A DNA stretch of 64,000 bases from the human T2T-CHM13v2.0 reference genome, Homo sapiens. The position numbers and the translations under genes are program-made. The notes under the pieces were generated by a model that did no database searches, was not told the origin of the DNA, and saw only the letters and a list, made by a program, of their open reading frames with translations. Shown here piece after piece: positions 27,575 to 41,776 of the stretch. The stretch lies in the NCBI RefSeq assembly GCF_009914755.1, contig NC_060927.1; one strand, given 5' to 3'. Every line of letters starts with the position of its first letter. Within the stretch, counting starts at the first letter, position 1.

Positions 27575-30384
27575 CAGATGAAAAAACAGAAATTCAAATA
27601 TTTGAAACAAATTACCTAAGGCCACGCGGAGATTAAGTAGAAGCAGCAGGATTGAAATGCTTTTTTTTTTTTTTTTACTTCAAAGTTTTGCTCTCCCCTT
27701 TGCATCGTGCTGTACCTTCTAAAATGATTGACTAAAACATATGCCAATACTACTGAGCTTGGAAGTCCATAATTTTTAGTGGTACCAGTCTCCATGAATT
27801 ATTCTTTGGAGCAAGACAGATGTAAGACTTATAGCCCTTGCCCTTCCTGTGAGCATGGTTTAGAGTTTGGGAGAAGGTAAGGATTCATAAACAAACATGT
27901 ATAAAGTGTTTCCAAGTGAGACTGCAGTATGAACTACTCGGGAGAATCCCAGCGGAAGAAAAGATGTTTTTGATCAGAGAAATCTGGAGAAATATCAGAG
28001 GAGAAGAAGCATTTGGACTATCTTGTAGAATGAATATCACGGGCAAAGCCATAACGACATGGCAATGTGACGGTTAAGTCAACAGACCTCTTCGCTAAGC
28101 TAGGAACATGAATGGGGACTCACAGCTTTACATATGACCAAAAGTCAGGAAAGACAGGCCACTGTACCTACTTTGGGGATTTTTGCCCCAGAAAGGTTTA
28201 CAGAATTTTAGAAAAACTCTGTTTTCTTGGTACTCTACAACTCAGCTAAACATCTAAAACTCGCTAGTGTGGCTAGCCACCCCTCATAATATTTAGACAA
28301 TTGCTCAATTACCCCTGGAGTAACTTGCAGGTTTTACACGAAGACATGTGGGAGAAGCAGGAAGGCTCCAATGCCTTGGGGTGAACAGCAAATTGTGAGT
28401 TTCCTAGTTTTCTGTTTTGTGGCTAGCTGATACAGGGACCATTCATTGTCCACAGAAACACTGGATACTACGAGAGAAGAATGAAGTTGCAGAATGCTGA
28501 CCACAGCAAACTCATAGTGACTGCTTTTCTCTACAGATGGGGATGCCGTTACTCAGATAATTTGAGTTATTTTCCTAAGGTCGCAAAGTCAGTGATTGAC
28601 CTCCAGTGACTTCTCATGTCTCTTCTTCACACCCTGTGCAATACTCTTCCTGGCATGCCATGGTAATAACACTCCTACATGTTTCTTTAATTTTCTTGCA
28701 CAAAGCATGCTCCAGTTTAGCTTCAGCCAAGCAAGAGCACACTAGGAGGATCCTGAGAGTGAAATTTGTTCCCTAGAATATTAGGTGAAGAGTGCAACCT
28801 GCCTTCACTGTTCAGGTCCTATAAAATACAGAGGCCAGTTTGTTTTTCTCTAAACCTCTTAGTGTTTGGGAATTCCACTGGGGTCTCTAGAAAGAGTGCC
28901 TACCTTGGTCATCTGATGCCATTAGCTTGTGCCACTGCACCCATACACTGCTGTTTCTAGATTTTCAACACAAAGATACAGAGAAGATACAGGGGAAGAT
29001 GACTTCTGTGGGCCCACTTAGAGAGGTAGTCCCATCAAAGTTAGCAAATACCTACGTTCTTCAAAGACATTAAATAGTCATGCTGCTCCAATATAGCCAA
29101 AAGCACACTTTTTGGAGCAAAGTTAATCCTACTGAAACCACCTTCAATTAAACCAAGCTCTAGGGGCTAAGAAACAGAAAAGTGAATTAAGCTTCAGTGA
29201 CTCAGCTCCTCCTTCCTCCCTGCCTTTGTCTATCAGCCAGGAATGTGGGGAGGAAGTGAGTTAGGGCAAATCTATGCTTGAGCTTCACAATGCAAAGAAC
29301 CAGGATCTATACACACCCAAGGTGATTTTCCTACAAATGCTATTTCTTTACAGTAAGTCTCCCCTAACACTTGGCTCCAGTGAGTATGAATCTTACATTT
29401 GCAAGTCTGGAAAGACCATGAATGGAAAGAAAGGCATGGATGCCCATGAAGAGTAAATTAAGGTGTGGCCATAGTACTCTCATTGGCAATCACACGAACT
29501 GGATGATTTACTAATTAAGGTTAGATTGCTTACCATCGGACCCAGAAAAAAATTCATAATGTACAAGTTATTTAATAACAAAGTTCTCCATGAAAAAATA
29601 GTGACAGAAACAGGACAGGAGAGAGGAAGAAGCCACACAAGCAAGAATACAGTGTCAAGCAAGGTGGGAGACAATAGCTTCAGCCTGAACTTGACACTGA
29701 ACTATGAAATGTCAAGTTTCCCAAAATAGTCTCAACCTGAGGCTGGGAAACTTGGGATGTCATAATCCTGTACCTACCGATCATTGGTAAAGGGCTCTCC
29801 CAGGGACATATAAACTCTTAGGAACTCTCAGTTTCCTGTGTGTTCCAAAAATCCCAGGGGCAGTCATCGAAAAAGAACCATCACAATTGCTGGCTGTTGG
29901 AAGTGAAACATACCAAAGCCCAGGGAACATACTTAAGAAAAAAAAATTATCTAGAAAAACGTGATCTTAGAATATCTAAACCTTAATCCAATAGCATCCT
30001 ATCAGCTACATTTCCCAATTTTTTAAATTAATATTAACAAGGGGATCTATATTTAAGAGAGTTACCTTCATTTACTAATTTACAGACATCGCACTAATGC
30101 TTTCATATATACTCTATGATACAGCATGGTGGTTTTACATATACTATATGGCATTGCAAGATCACTGGAGTTCAACAGTTCCAGGTTTAAATTTTGACTC
30201 ATCCATATTTTAGCTGAGTGACTTTGCTGAAGTTGCTTCACCTGTCTATGATTCAGCAGGTAGGTCAGTGCCTGTGAGAAAGGAATGAAATAAGCAAGTA
30301 CAACCTTTAATAACCCAGTCATGGCACATGACGAAGTCTCAGTAAATACTTGTTATGAACAATGATAAGAATAATAATAATGTT

Positions 30385-31045
30385 CTTTATTTATTCATTT
30401 ATACAACAAATATTTATCAAGTACCTTCTATGTGTCAGAGCCTCTTCGAGGACAGGAATTACAGAGGGTTTAGTTAAAGACCCTGGCCTCACAGAGTTTA
30501 TATTCTAGCAAGGGACATAAACAATAAGCACACAAATAAGTATTTAATGCAATGTCAGTTACTGATTAGCACAATAAAAAAACTGAAGCAAGGCAAAAAA
30601 CAAAACACAGAATGAGTGGTAGAGTGAAAGATGGAGGCTATGATTAGAGATGAAATTCAGGATATCAATGATTAGATATGAAGTCCAGGAATTCCTCTCT
30701 GGGTAAAACAGCAGACACCTGAATAAGTGGAAAGGATAAGATATCTTAGGAGTAGAGTTCCAGGAAAAGATAACAATGAAAGCAAAGACCCTGGGAGGGA
30801 ATATATTTGTAATGTTAAAGAAATAGGAAGAAGCCCTGTATGACTGCAGTTTTGTGAGGCAGGCCAAGAGTATTAGGAGACAAAATCAGGGACAGTGGCA
30901 GAGAACAGACTAGATCACATAGAGTCAAGTAACCCAAGGTAAACAGTGGAAATTTCATTTAACCTGACTGATAGAAAATTATTGGAGGATTCTGAGTAGA
31001 GAGGAACAAACCTGGTTATGTTTGTAAAGAGTACACTTTTGACTA
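30385..31045 (-). mobile_element. L2 fragment
   Basis: 'attcattt...caaatatttatcaagtacct.ctatgtgtcag' L2 3' end followed by a purine-rich body. Confidence 0.6.
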
Positions 31046-33624
31046 TATGCTGCCACAGGGCATGGGAGCATCTGTGCAAACCACTTTCGAGGAACAGACC
31101 TGGAGCTCACAGAATCCTCAAGCTCAGTGAGCAAACCAAACTAATAGTAAACATAGGTTACTGGTTCATTCATGTGTCAGTATTGTCATTCAGACAATAA
31201 GAGTAATTTTCTCTAATAGTTGCAAATCAAGTCCACATAAGCCATCTCTAATATAAACATAAGGTTACAAATGCACCATCCGGGTATTCTTTACCTTTAG
31301 TCTGTAACTTTAATTTTTCTGCCTTTTAGTGGAATAGTCTCTCTCATTGGAATAACTGTTTTAGGATGATCTTATATAACTGTGCCTGATTTGCTAGAAG
31401 CAAAATTACATACTGTAGGGAATTTATTTTTTTGAAATATCCTGTTTCACAGAAACTCCCTCCATTCACACACCTCTGATGGCTGCCTTTTGATTTCAAA
31501 TTAAAGCTCAACTCTGTAGCTGAGTATTCCATACTTCCTCTTCCCTGAACCAGGTAGAGCACTCCAACGTGCCTTACCTATGTTCTAACATAAGAGAACC
31601 ACCTGCCCTGACACAACCAGGCTTCACTGTCCCTCAAACATACCATGCATAATTTTGTTACCACATAACTGCTGATTTATTTTATTTGCTTAAGTGTTAT
31701 ATTTCTCTCAAGGCCAAGTTCAAGTCTCATCTCTATGTGGGGCCTTTCCTCACTAGAAAACCTCAATGATCATTCTCTCATCTGAACTACTTCTGCAGTT
31801 GTTAGAGTTAGCACATCATCTCTGGGATTATCACTGATCTTTTAAAGAATACATCCTTATAGGCCATCTGTAAACTTCTAAAAGATAGTGATTATGTCTT
31901 ACAAATCTTCGTATTCTAGAAACTCTGCATGTAGCACTTGACTTTCCCATAGATAATTCAAACTCATCATGGTTCATTCATGCTGAGTTCACACTGCTTT
32001 CCACCCCCAGCACACCTACTCTTTTTTTCCTTTTGTAACGTATATGAACCTCACTCCACAAACGTAAATGTGCAAGAAATTTACCTTTCTTTATTTTTAT
32101 TAAATATTGACTTAATTTCTATTTCTTTTTTTTTTTTTGCACCAATGTGGTAAAAAATAAAAAGCTTCTAGGTCAGTTCAGGCTTTCTTCCTTTTTAAGT
32201 TCTGGTAGGGCGCCTCAGATCCACTCAGCCAACTGTCCACTCAGCCATCTGTCCACTCAGACATACACTAAGGATTCCATAATCCCATCAGCTCCTTAGT
32301 CATTAATCCACTAGTGTCATTTCTGGAAGGCTTCTTTCTCTCATCGCCATGGCCATTCAAGGCCTGCAGCTCTATGTCAGGCTTAGAAGCATGGGAATCT
32401 CTCTGGTGCTGTTTTGGGCTCTTCCTGCCTAGGCTTACATGCAATATGGACATATTAAAGTCTTGCTACTTTCTTAAGGCTCTGTTCTTGAAAAAAGAAG
32501 CAAGACTCTTCTCTCCAGTATCTACCAATACCTATCTTCTCATCTCTGCATCATAACTCTGTCTTTCCAAGTGAGGAAAGCTTTTATGGTCTGGAGGAAG
32601 CCAACTCTCATCTTTCAAATATATTTTTTCTGCCTAAATTATTTAAGCTAACCTTAAATATTTATAACCAAACTCCAGAAAAACACTAGCAAGTAATTTT
32701 GTAACTGTACTTTGAAAATTTCTCTTTTTTAAAGCAATAATTCCTGATCAACCACTACTTTGATTAAGCAGTATGGGAACATATAGATAAATTACTGGGA
32801 AAAAATGATTATGGGTTTAAAATGTCATCCAGCAACATTTACTTTAGTAATTAGCATAAATGTATACTTCTCATCTACCTAATCCATTAACTTGGTAGTC
32901 AACTTAGACTTCTTTCTCTTGCCCATCTCCATTGGTCTTGTTGTGCATAAACCAACACCAAAGAGAACCCTTTGGTGTAAAATTAGGTTTAATGGTAACA
33001 TTCATGCCTAGACAATTCTGCTTGAGAAAAGCAGAATGAGTGAAATAATTCAAAAGTTCAAAGTAGGTAGGGATAAACCATAAGGGAAAAGAAATAATAT
33101 GTGCTAGAAGTTCAGTTGAAAAAGAAATAAATTCTTTTGTCTTGTATTCCTTAAGTTTCACCTCCCTGCCTACATGTTCTAGGTATTCAGTAGTCATTTG
33201 TTGTTAATCATGATAATGACAATGGTGTCCATTTGCAGCTCAACTTGTAAGTTTATTTTTCCTTTTAAAGCAGCAATATGGTCCTTTTTTAATAATAGAG
33301 AGCATATTATCTTTCTGAAAGACACTTATAGTCATTCAGGTTGAGAAGTGCACACAGGCACAACATTCCAAAGTTATAACTTTTACTGTAGCTATCATAG
33401 CCTTGTATATTTAGGACAACAACTGAAGTAAAGGGTCTTGAGAAAAGGACAGCATTTTATAATTAACACATAGCTACCATATGAGCTAGGGACTATTCTT
33501 TCCCCTAAGTATCAAAGAGCTCTCTAATTTGATCCTCAAATTTTAGTTTTAAGAACCACCTGAGCTCTTTATTTCATTCATACATTCTTTAAAAATATAC
33601 CACGGTCATTATTTATTTATTTCA

Positions 33625-33795
33625 TTTTTTTTTTAATTTTTGTTTTTGACAGGGTCTTGTTCTCTGTGGCCCAGGCTGGAATGCAATGGCATGATCATGG
33701 CTTACTGTAACCTCAAACTCTTAAGCTCAAGCAATCCTCCCGCCTTAGCCTACTGAGTAGCTGAGATTACAGGTGTGTGCCACCACACTAGGCTC
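33625..33795 (-). mobile_element. Alu monomer (FRAM/AluJ right arm)
   Basis: T-tail followed by a single reverse Alu arm. Confidence 0.85.
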
Positions 33796-36700
33796 TAAGG
33801 CTCATTATTTAGTTAGAAATAAAAAAGGCATGACATCAAGGACCTGTAGGCCTCTTCTTTCCTTAAACAACCATCTACTAATATATGCAAAGCATGGTAT
33901 TAGTTATCCTCCTGGGAAGAACCAAAATAAGATTACAGAAGTATATCAGACCTAGTCCTCATCTTCTGAAAGTTGACATTCTAACTTATGAAATAACACA
34001 AAAGCAAATGGTTACAGTACAAAGTGATGAGAGCTGTAACTGCTGCCCGTCCAAAATGCTGAGGAAATACCAAGAAGGAAGCAACTAACTCTACCTTAGG
34101 GATTAGGAGAGAGCCTCAGTGAGGAAGTCAGGATTGGGACTTCCCAGGCAAAGAAGAGAGGGAATGCTTCCCAGTAAAAGGAAATAGCACATACCTGTTT
34201 CAGGGAAGTAAATAATTCTGCTAGAAAATATTAACTGAGTCTGTAACTTGGGGTACAGAAGTGTGGAGAAGACGGATAAAGCAAATCTGGTAAGACTGGC
34301 TGGAGTCTGGTAAGATTATGGAAACTTGTTTGTCAGGACTTAGAACTTGATTTTAAATGAATATGAAGGAGAGAAATGCAACTGTGTAAAGAAGAAACTT
34401 CAGATGGTGTTGGGAAGATCTGAGGCACTCTACCAGCTGAGTATTAAAACTGTCTATTTGGCAGCACTGTAGAGATGGGTTGGAGGAAAGCAAAGGACGA
34501 GTAAAGGGCTCGTCCAGGTAGGACTAGGACAAACCTAACTTCAGGAATCTCTTAGCCATCTCTGATCTTGCAGGACATCATGGAAAAGCTCTAATCATCT
34601 TGACAAGAGTCTAATTCTAAGACTCCTGTTGTCTCCACAGCACCAAGCAGCTTGTGGTAACAAGTTTCTGTATGCCACCCACTTCTGAGGTCAAAAAAGA
34701 ATGAAGGTGTTTATTTACAGTCCCTTCATTATTGCCTCTGATAGAATTGTGCTTCTTTCTTTCAGAGCATTTTTTTAAATTTGGAATTATTCTTTCATAA
34801 GTATGATTATTTGATAAATGTCTGATGAATCTCACTAGATTATAATCTTCAAAATATTAAAAGTGGTGCCTGTATTTTGCTCATCACTGTCTCTGGAGGC
34901 TAGCAGAGAATCTAGCATATAGTAGACAATCAATAAATGTTTGCTGAAGAAACATTGACTAAAATATTGAGAAAGTTGATGTAATAGCATGCTACTTAGA
35001 AAAATGTTTAGTGGTTTTTTTTGAAATGATAAAATATTCAATTCGTGATTTACTGTTTACTAGATAATTTTTTTGCTGTTTATAGCCAAATTTTCTCTTC
35101 AATATTGCATGTGTACACTAACTTTGTACCTATTAAATTTCAGGTCTGAAATCCACTTAAATTGGGAAGTAATTTGACCAAATTATTTAATTCTCTGGAC
35201 TTTATATCCCAAGATAAAGTAATATCTTCTGTAACTAAAGGGGACTTTTTTAACCTAAGGCAAACAATTTTTCAATCATGACTTTACATTTGATGAGGTT
35301 CCATTGAGAAACTCTATGCATGTCCTACTTCTAACAGGCACACACAAAAAGAGACAGTCAAAGCACTTCATTAAAGGCAGAAAGATTAAGGCAAAAGATT
35401 ACACAACAAAACCACCCACATTCAGTTTTGCAAGTCTAATAGTCATCCTGAATCATCACCCTAGAGCGGCCTGTATTCCGTTCCAACTCGTGGCTTCAGC
35501 TTACCATTCAAGATGCAAGAAAGTAAAATATTAGTATTGGTGACCAAAAAAGCAGGTGTGTTTCTCTTTCCTTAGATACTCTTAGCCCTGGAGGCAGCAA
35601 TTGTTTCTTGATTTTTAGTTAGTAAATATACATCTCTTGGGAGGTAATTAAAGAACAAGCACATATTTTAAAATCACCAAAGAATAATACTTGATCGTAT
35701 TTCTGGCAACCGAATCACTGACTTAAGAATCTCAGAAACTAGTTTTTAAATAAGCTTTACCCAGCCCTGGCTCAGCCCCATAACAATATCCTCCAGTTAT
35801 TCATCCTTTCCTTTATCAGGCTCTTCTCTCAAACTACCCTATTTTTCTCTTCTTGTACATTTGTTCATGTTGTGTTCTTAACCTAAAGCAATGTCCTTCT
35901 CCTGGCAAAGTGTGTGCTCCAATGCTAGCCTACCATGTTCTCCCTCATCATTCTAGGAAAACTGTATTATTCCTTTGTCTGCTTCCCTACAGCATGTGGT
36001 TTATGCACCTGTTACACAGTTTTCTTCCTCTCTCCTATTCCAGTTATTTGACTGCAAGACCTGTTAAGTCAGGAAATATGGAATTCATCCTTATAGGCCT
36101 ACTTAGAGACTAATTTGATGCCCCAAATAATGTAGGCAAGTGATAAAAAATAACGAGTGAATGAACTTCATAAAATACTAGAGAATCTTTATAATAATAG
36201 ATACAGGTACAGTAAGACAATTAACTAAAATAAAAAAGTTTGTTATAAAACTAAGAAACAAGGTCAAGGTCAATATAATTGTTGTACTTAAATGTTAAAC
36301 GTAACATGAAACTTCCAGGAAACCAATGAAAAAAATATATAACTAATGGATCACATATTTCTCATGACTTAATGAGGAGTAATGGGAAACTAAAAATAGA
36401 ACAGTTGTTACAAGGATTGAAATTTATCCTCACATTAGCACAATTCCTTATAGAATTGAAATGTTATACCTATTCTAACTTTGAGCTTAAAAAGAAATAC
36501 GAAGATGTTACAATCTTTTTTACACAATGTCAAGCATTCAATCCAAAATGATTAGCTATTTCCGAATAAGACAAAATGACCAAAAGGGGAAAAAAAATAA
36601 CACTAGAAATCACTGAACAGGTGAAATGTATACAGAAAAAAAAATTTTTTTCAGAACTGACTAAAGAAATTAATTCACAGATTTAAAAAGCTCTGTGTGT

Positions 36701-37846
36701 CTTCAAAGGAAATGATGAAATACAGAATATAACAAAATGCTAATGCTAAACTATTGAAAAACAAAATTCACAAACAAAACCTATATGCCAGTTGAAAACA
36801 TTTTTTTAAATGAACATAAAATAATTTTCAGAAAAATAATGAGAAAATTTAGTGGCAGCAGACATGTACTAAAAGATATGCTAAAGAATATTCTTTGGGC
36901 AGAAAGAAAGTTATCCTAGACAGAAATGCAAGAAGAAAATCAATCCAGGCAAAAATTTAAGTAGAAATAAAATCACTGGAAAGAATAAACATATAAGGAA
37001 ACAGAAATGAATACTGATAGTATAAAATGACAATGGTAATACAACATGGGGTTTAAAATGCAGGCATAATTAAAATACTTGACAATAATACAAAAAAGCC
37101 TGAGTGGGGTAAATGAAATTGAAGAGTCCTCAAGTGCTCACATTTCCTAAGAAATGAACAAAATATTAATTAAGAGTACATGCTAATAATTTAAGGCTTT
37201 CTGTTGTAATTTTTAGTGTAATCACTAAAATAAGAGAAAAATAATTTCTAGCTAATAAGCTAATAGATGGCAAAATGGAATGATAGTTGAAAAAATAATC
37301 AATTAAAAAGAAGGCAACAAAAGAGAAAAAAAGAACAGTTGGGATAAACAAAAAAAATAGCAATACGGTAGATTTAAATTAAAAAAAATCAGTGATAAAT
37401 TGCCTGTAAATAGACTACAAGTTTCAGACTTGATAAAAATAAAAATGCACATTCAATTTATGAGTCATTTCTTAAACAAATATGTAGAGAGGTTAAAAAT
37501 AAAAGAATGGGAAAAAGAATATACTATGCAAATATTAACCAAAATTCACTTTGGAAACTAATAAAGTAGGCTTTAAAGTGAAAAGCATTATTATAAATAA
37601 TAAGAAAAATTGTAACAATTACAAATCTGTCTTCACCTAATAACATCGTCTCAATATATAAACATGTATAATGTGGCACAACTGCAGTCATAATGAGAGA
37701 TTTACAACTTTCAGTAACTCATAGGACAAGCAGACAAAAGTCAGAACAAATATAGTAGGTTTGAACTAAATAATTAACAAATATTGATTCAAAGTTTAAA
37801 AAAATAGAGTGTGTTCAACAGAAAAATATACTACATGGTATTTTTA

Positions 37847-38173
<327 letters not shown>

Positions 38174-38290
38174 TTTGAATGTTTGGATGTTAACTATAAA
38201 CTCCTAAAATAATTGATGAACCAATGAATAAATTGCAGTGTAAATTGCAAAATATTTTGGATGACTTCTAAAGAAAAATATGGAGGTCAA

Positions 38291-38548
38291 GCTCATGCCT
38301 GTAATCCCAGCACTTTGGGAGGTACAGGTAGGAGGATCACTTGAGCCCAGGAGTTTGAGACCAGTCTGGGCAACATAAAGAGTCCCTGTCTCTCCAAAAA
38401 AGTTTTAAGAAATAAGCCAGACATGGTGGTGTGCAGCTGCATTCCCAGCTACACAAGAGGCTGAGGCAGGAGGATCACTTGAGTCCAGGAGTTCAAGGCT
38501 GTGATTGTGCCACTGCACTCCTGCCTAGCTGACAGAGCAAGACCCTGT

Positions 38549-38590
<42 letters not shown>
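38291..38590 (+). mobile_element. AluJ with (CA)n replacing the tail
   Basis: 'ggaggatcacttgagcccaggagtttgagacc' AluJ-type; CA run 38551-38590. Confidence 0.9.
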
Positions 38591-38592
<2 letters not shown>

Positions 38593-41455
38593 CATACTGA
38601 AGCTTTACATACACAGCTAAATTTGACAAAAAACAAACGAACAAACAAATACTGATTTGCAATCATCTACCAGAAAAGAAAGGCTGTATTTCATGATTTA
38701 ATGTTTTATCTTAAAACATTATGAAAATAACATCAAAGTAAACATAAAGAACTCAGAAGAAAAGAAATAAGAGTAGAAATGAATGAATTAAAACCAAAAG
38801 TACAACAGAGAATATTAAAAAGGCAAGAATTGGTTTCTGAAAAATAATTAGTGAAGTGGATAAGACTTTTTTAAAAGATTGATCAAGAAAAGGAAAAAGT
38901 ACAAATTACCATATTAGGAAGTAAAAGCGGGCATTATATGTATTACAAAATATAAATTACAGAATATTTTTGTAAATTACAAAATGTATTATTTAAAATA
39001 TTATAACTTTCATATATTCTTTCATATACATATGAAAGATAAGAGAATACTAAGAATAATTTTTGATCAATATATTTGTAAATCAGAGGAAATGAAGAAA
39101 GTCATTGTGAAACACAATTGACCAAAACAAACACAAGGAAAAAGCGAAAAATCTAACAAATCCAACATATGATTTTTGAAAATGAATTTGTAATTTTAAA
39201 ACATTTTACAAATAAATTTCCCAGCACAGATGACTTTACAGAAAACCTTTCCAATCATATATAAAAGAAAGAACACCACAAAATCATAAATAAAGGTAAA
39301 ATAAAGCATTTTGTTTTTCTTATTCTTAATCTAAAATGTAACTTTAAATTATTAATAGTTACAATGTATTGGATAATTATAGTACATAGATAAGTAAAAG
39401 GGATGACAACTTTGTCATAAGAAATGGGATGGAGGAATTGGAAATTCTCTATTGCAAGATATCTGTACTACATCTGAAATGGCACAGTATTATTTGAAAA
39501 TGGGCTTTGATTAATTTGAATTGAATAATGCAAATACTACAGTAATCACTAAATAATTTAGAATAAGTAATAATAAATTAAATTTAAAACTTTAAAATGC
39601 ATATAATACATGTGCTAAGAGTGGAGATAAATGCAATTATGCAAAGTGAATAATTAACCAAAGAAGAATTTTTTATAAGTAGAGAAAAAAACAGCAAATG
39701 CAACAAATAGAAAGCAGTTTAAAACACGTTAAATTTGAATCCAACTGTGTAAACAACCACTGTAAATGTGAATGCTCTAAATACACTAAATAAGACAATA
39801 TCAGAGTGAATAAAAACAAGTAAGATACAACTACATATTGTCTACCAAGAACCCACTTTAAAATGTAAAGTCTCAGGTTAAATGTAAAGATATACCATGC
39901 TAATTCTAACCATGAGAAAGCTAGAGTAGTTATGCTAATTTTAAACAAAGCACACTTCAGAACAAGGACAATTTTGAAAGATAAAGAGGAGTAATACATA
40001 ATGATAAAAGGGTTAACTTTCTAAAAGGAGACACCAACCCTTAATGTGCATGTACCCAACAGCACAGCATAAAAATATGCAAAGCAAATCTGATAGAACT
40101 GCAAAGAAAAATTGACAAGTCCACGACTATAGTGGGAGACTTCAACACCACTCGTTTAATAATTGATAGATCCAACAGGTAGAAATCTGATAAGGATATA
40201 GATGACCTTAAAAACATCATCAATCACAGTGATCTAATTGACATTTGCAGAAAACTCTATTTAATATGATGAAATATACTTTTTCTCAAGCCCCCATGGA
40301 ATATTCGCCAAGAAGAACCACATTTTAAATCATAAAACACACCTTAACAAATTTAAAGGAACAGAAGTTATACAAAGTATGCTCTCAATGCACACAATAA
40401 ACAAGAAATCAGTAATATAAAGTTGGGTGAAAAATATCAAAGTATCTGGTGATTAAATAGCATACATCTAAATAACACATGATCAAAAAAGAAGCCTCAA
40501 GATAAATTTAAACATGTTTTAACTAAATGAAAGTAAAACATCAATATTTGTGAGTGGCAACAAAAGCAATGATTACAGGAAAATTTACAATTACATGTTT
40601 ATGTTAGAAAAAAAGGGAAATATCTTAAATCAATGACTTAATCTTCTACCTTAGGAAACTAGAGAAAAAAAGAGTCATGTAAGCCTAAAGCAAGCAGAAG
40701 AAAAAAAAACATAAAAAATAGAGCAGAAATTGATGAAATTAAAAACAAAAATAAAATAGAAAAAGGTAAACTAATATCTATTTCTTTGGAAAGATCAATA
40801 AAATTAATATGTAAGAAAGTAAGAAAAAGAGAAGACTTAAATTACCAATATCAGAAATGAAAAAGAGGTTATTATTTTTTATTTTATGAAAATTAAAAGG
40901 ATAATCATGGAATACTATGACAACTCTTTGCCTACAAATTTGATAACTTAGATAAAATTGACCAATTCCATGAAGACAGAATCTACTAAAACTCATATAA
41001 AGAGAAACAGATAATCTGAATAGGCCTACATCTATCAAATAAGTTGAATTAATAATTGATAACCTACAATAAAAGAAATAATAGGTCCAAATGGTTTCAT
41101 GACGGATTCTACCAAATGTTGAAGAATGAATTGTACTTATTCTCCACAATCTTTCGAGAAAATAGAAGCAAAACAAACACCTCAGCTCATTCTATGAGGA
41201 CAATGTGACTCTAGTAACAAAACTAGATAAATAAATTACAAGGAAAAAAGAAACAGTTGGTTCAGCATTTAAAAACCAACATAATTCACCACATCAAAAG
41301 GCTAAAAAAGAAAAATCATATGACTAAATGCATAAAGTATTTGATAAAATCTAACACCCTTTCATGATTAAAAATGAGCAAAAGCCAACCAAACAAAAAC
41401 TCAGCAAACTAGGTATAGGAGGAATATCCTCAACTTGATAAAAATCTATACTCAT

Positions 41456-41776
<321 letters not shown>

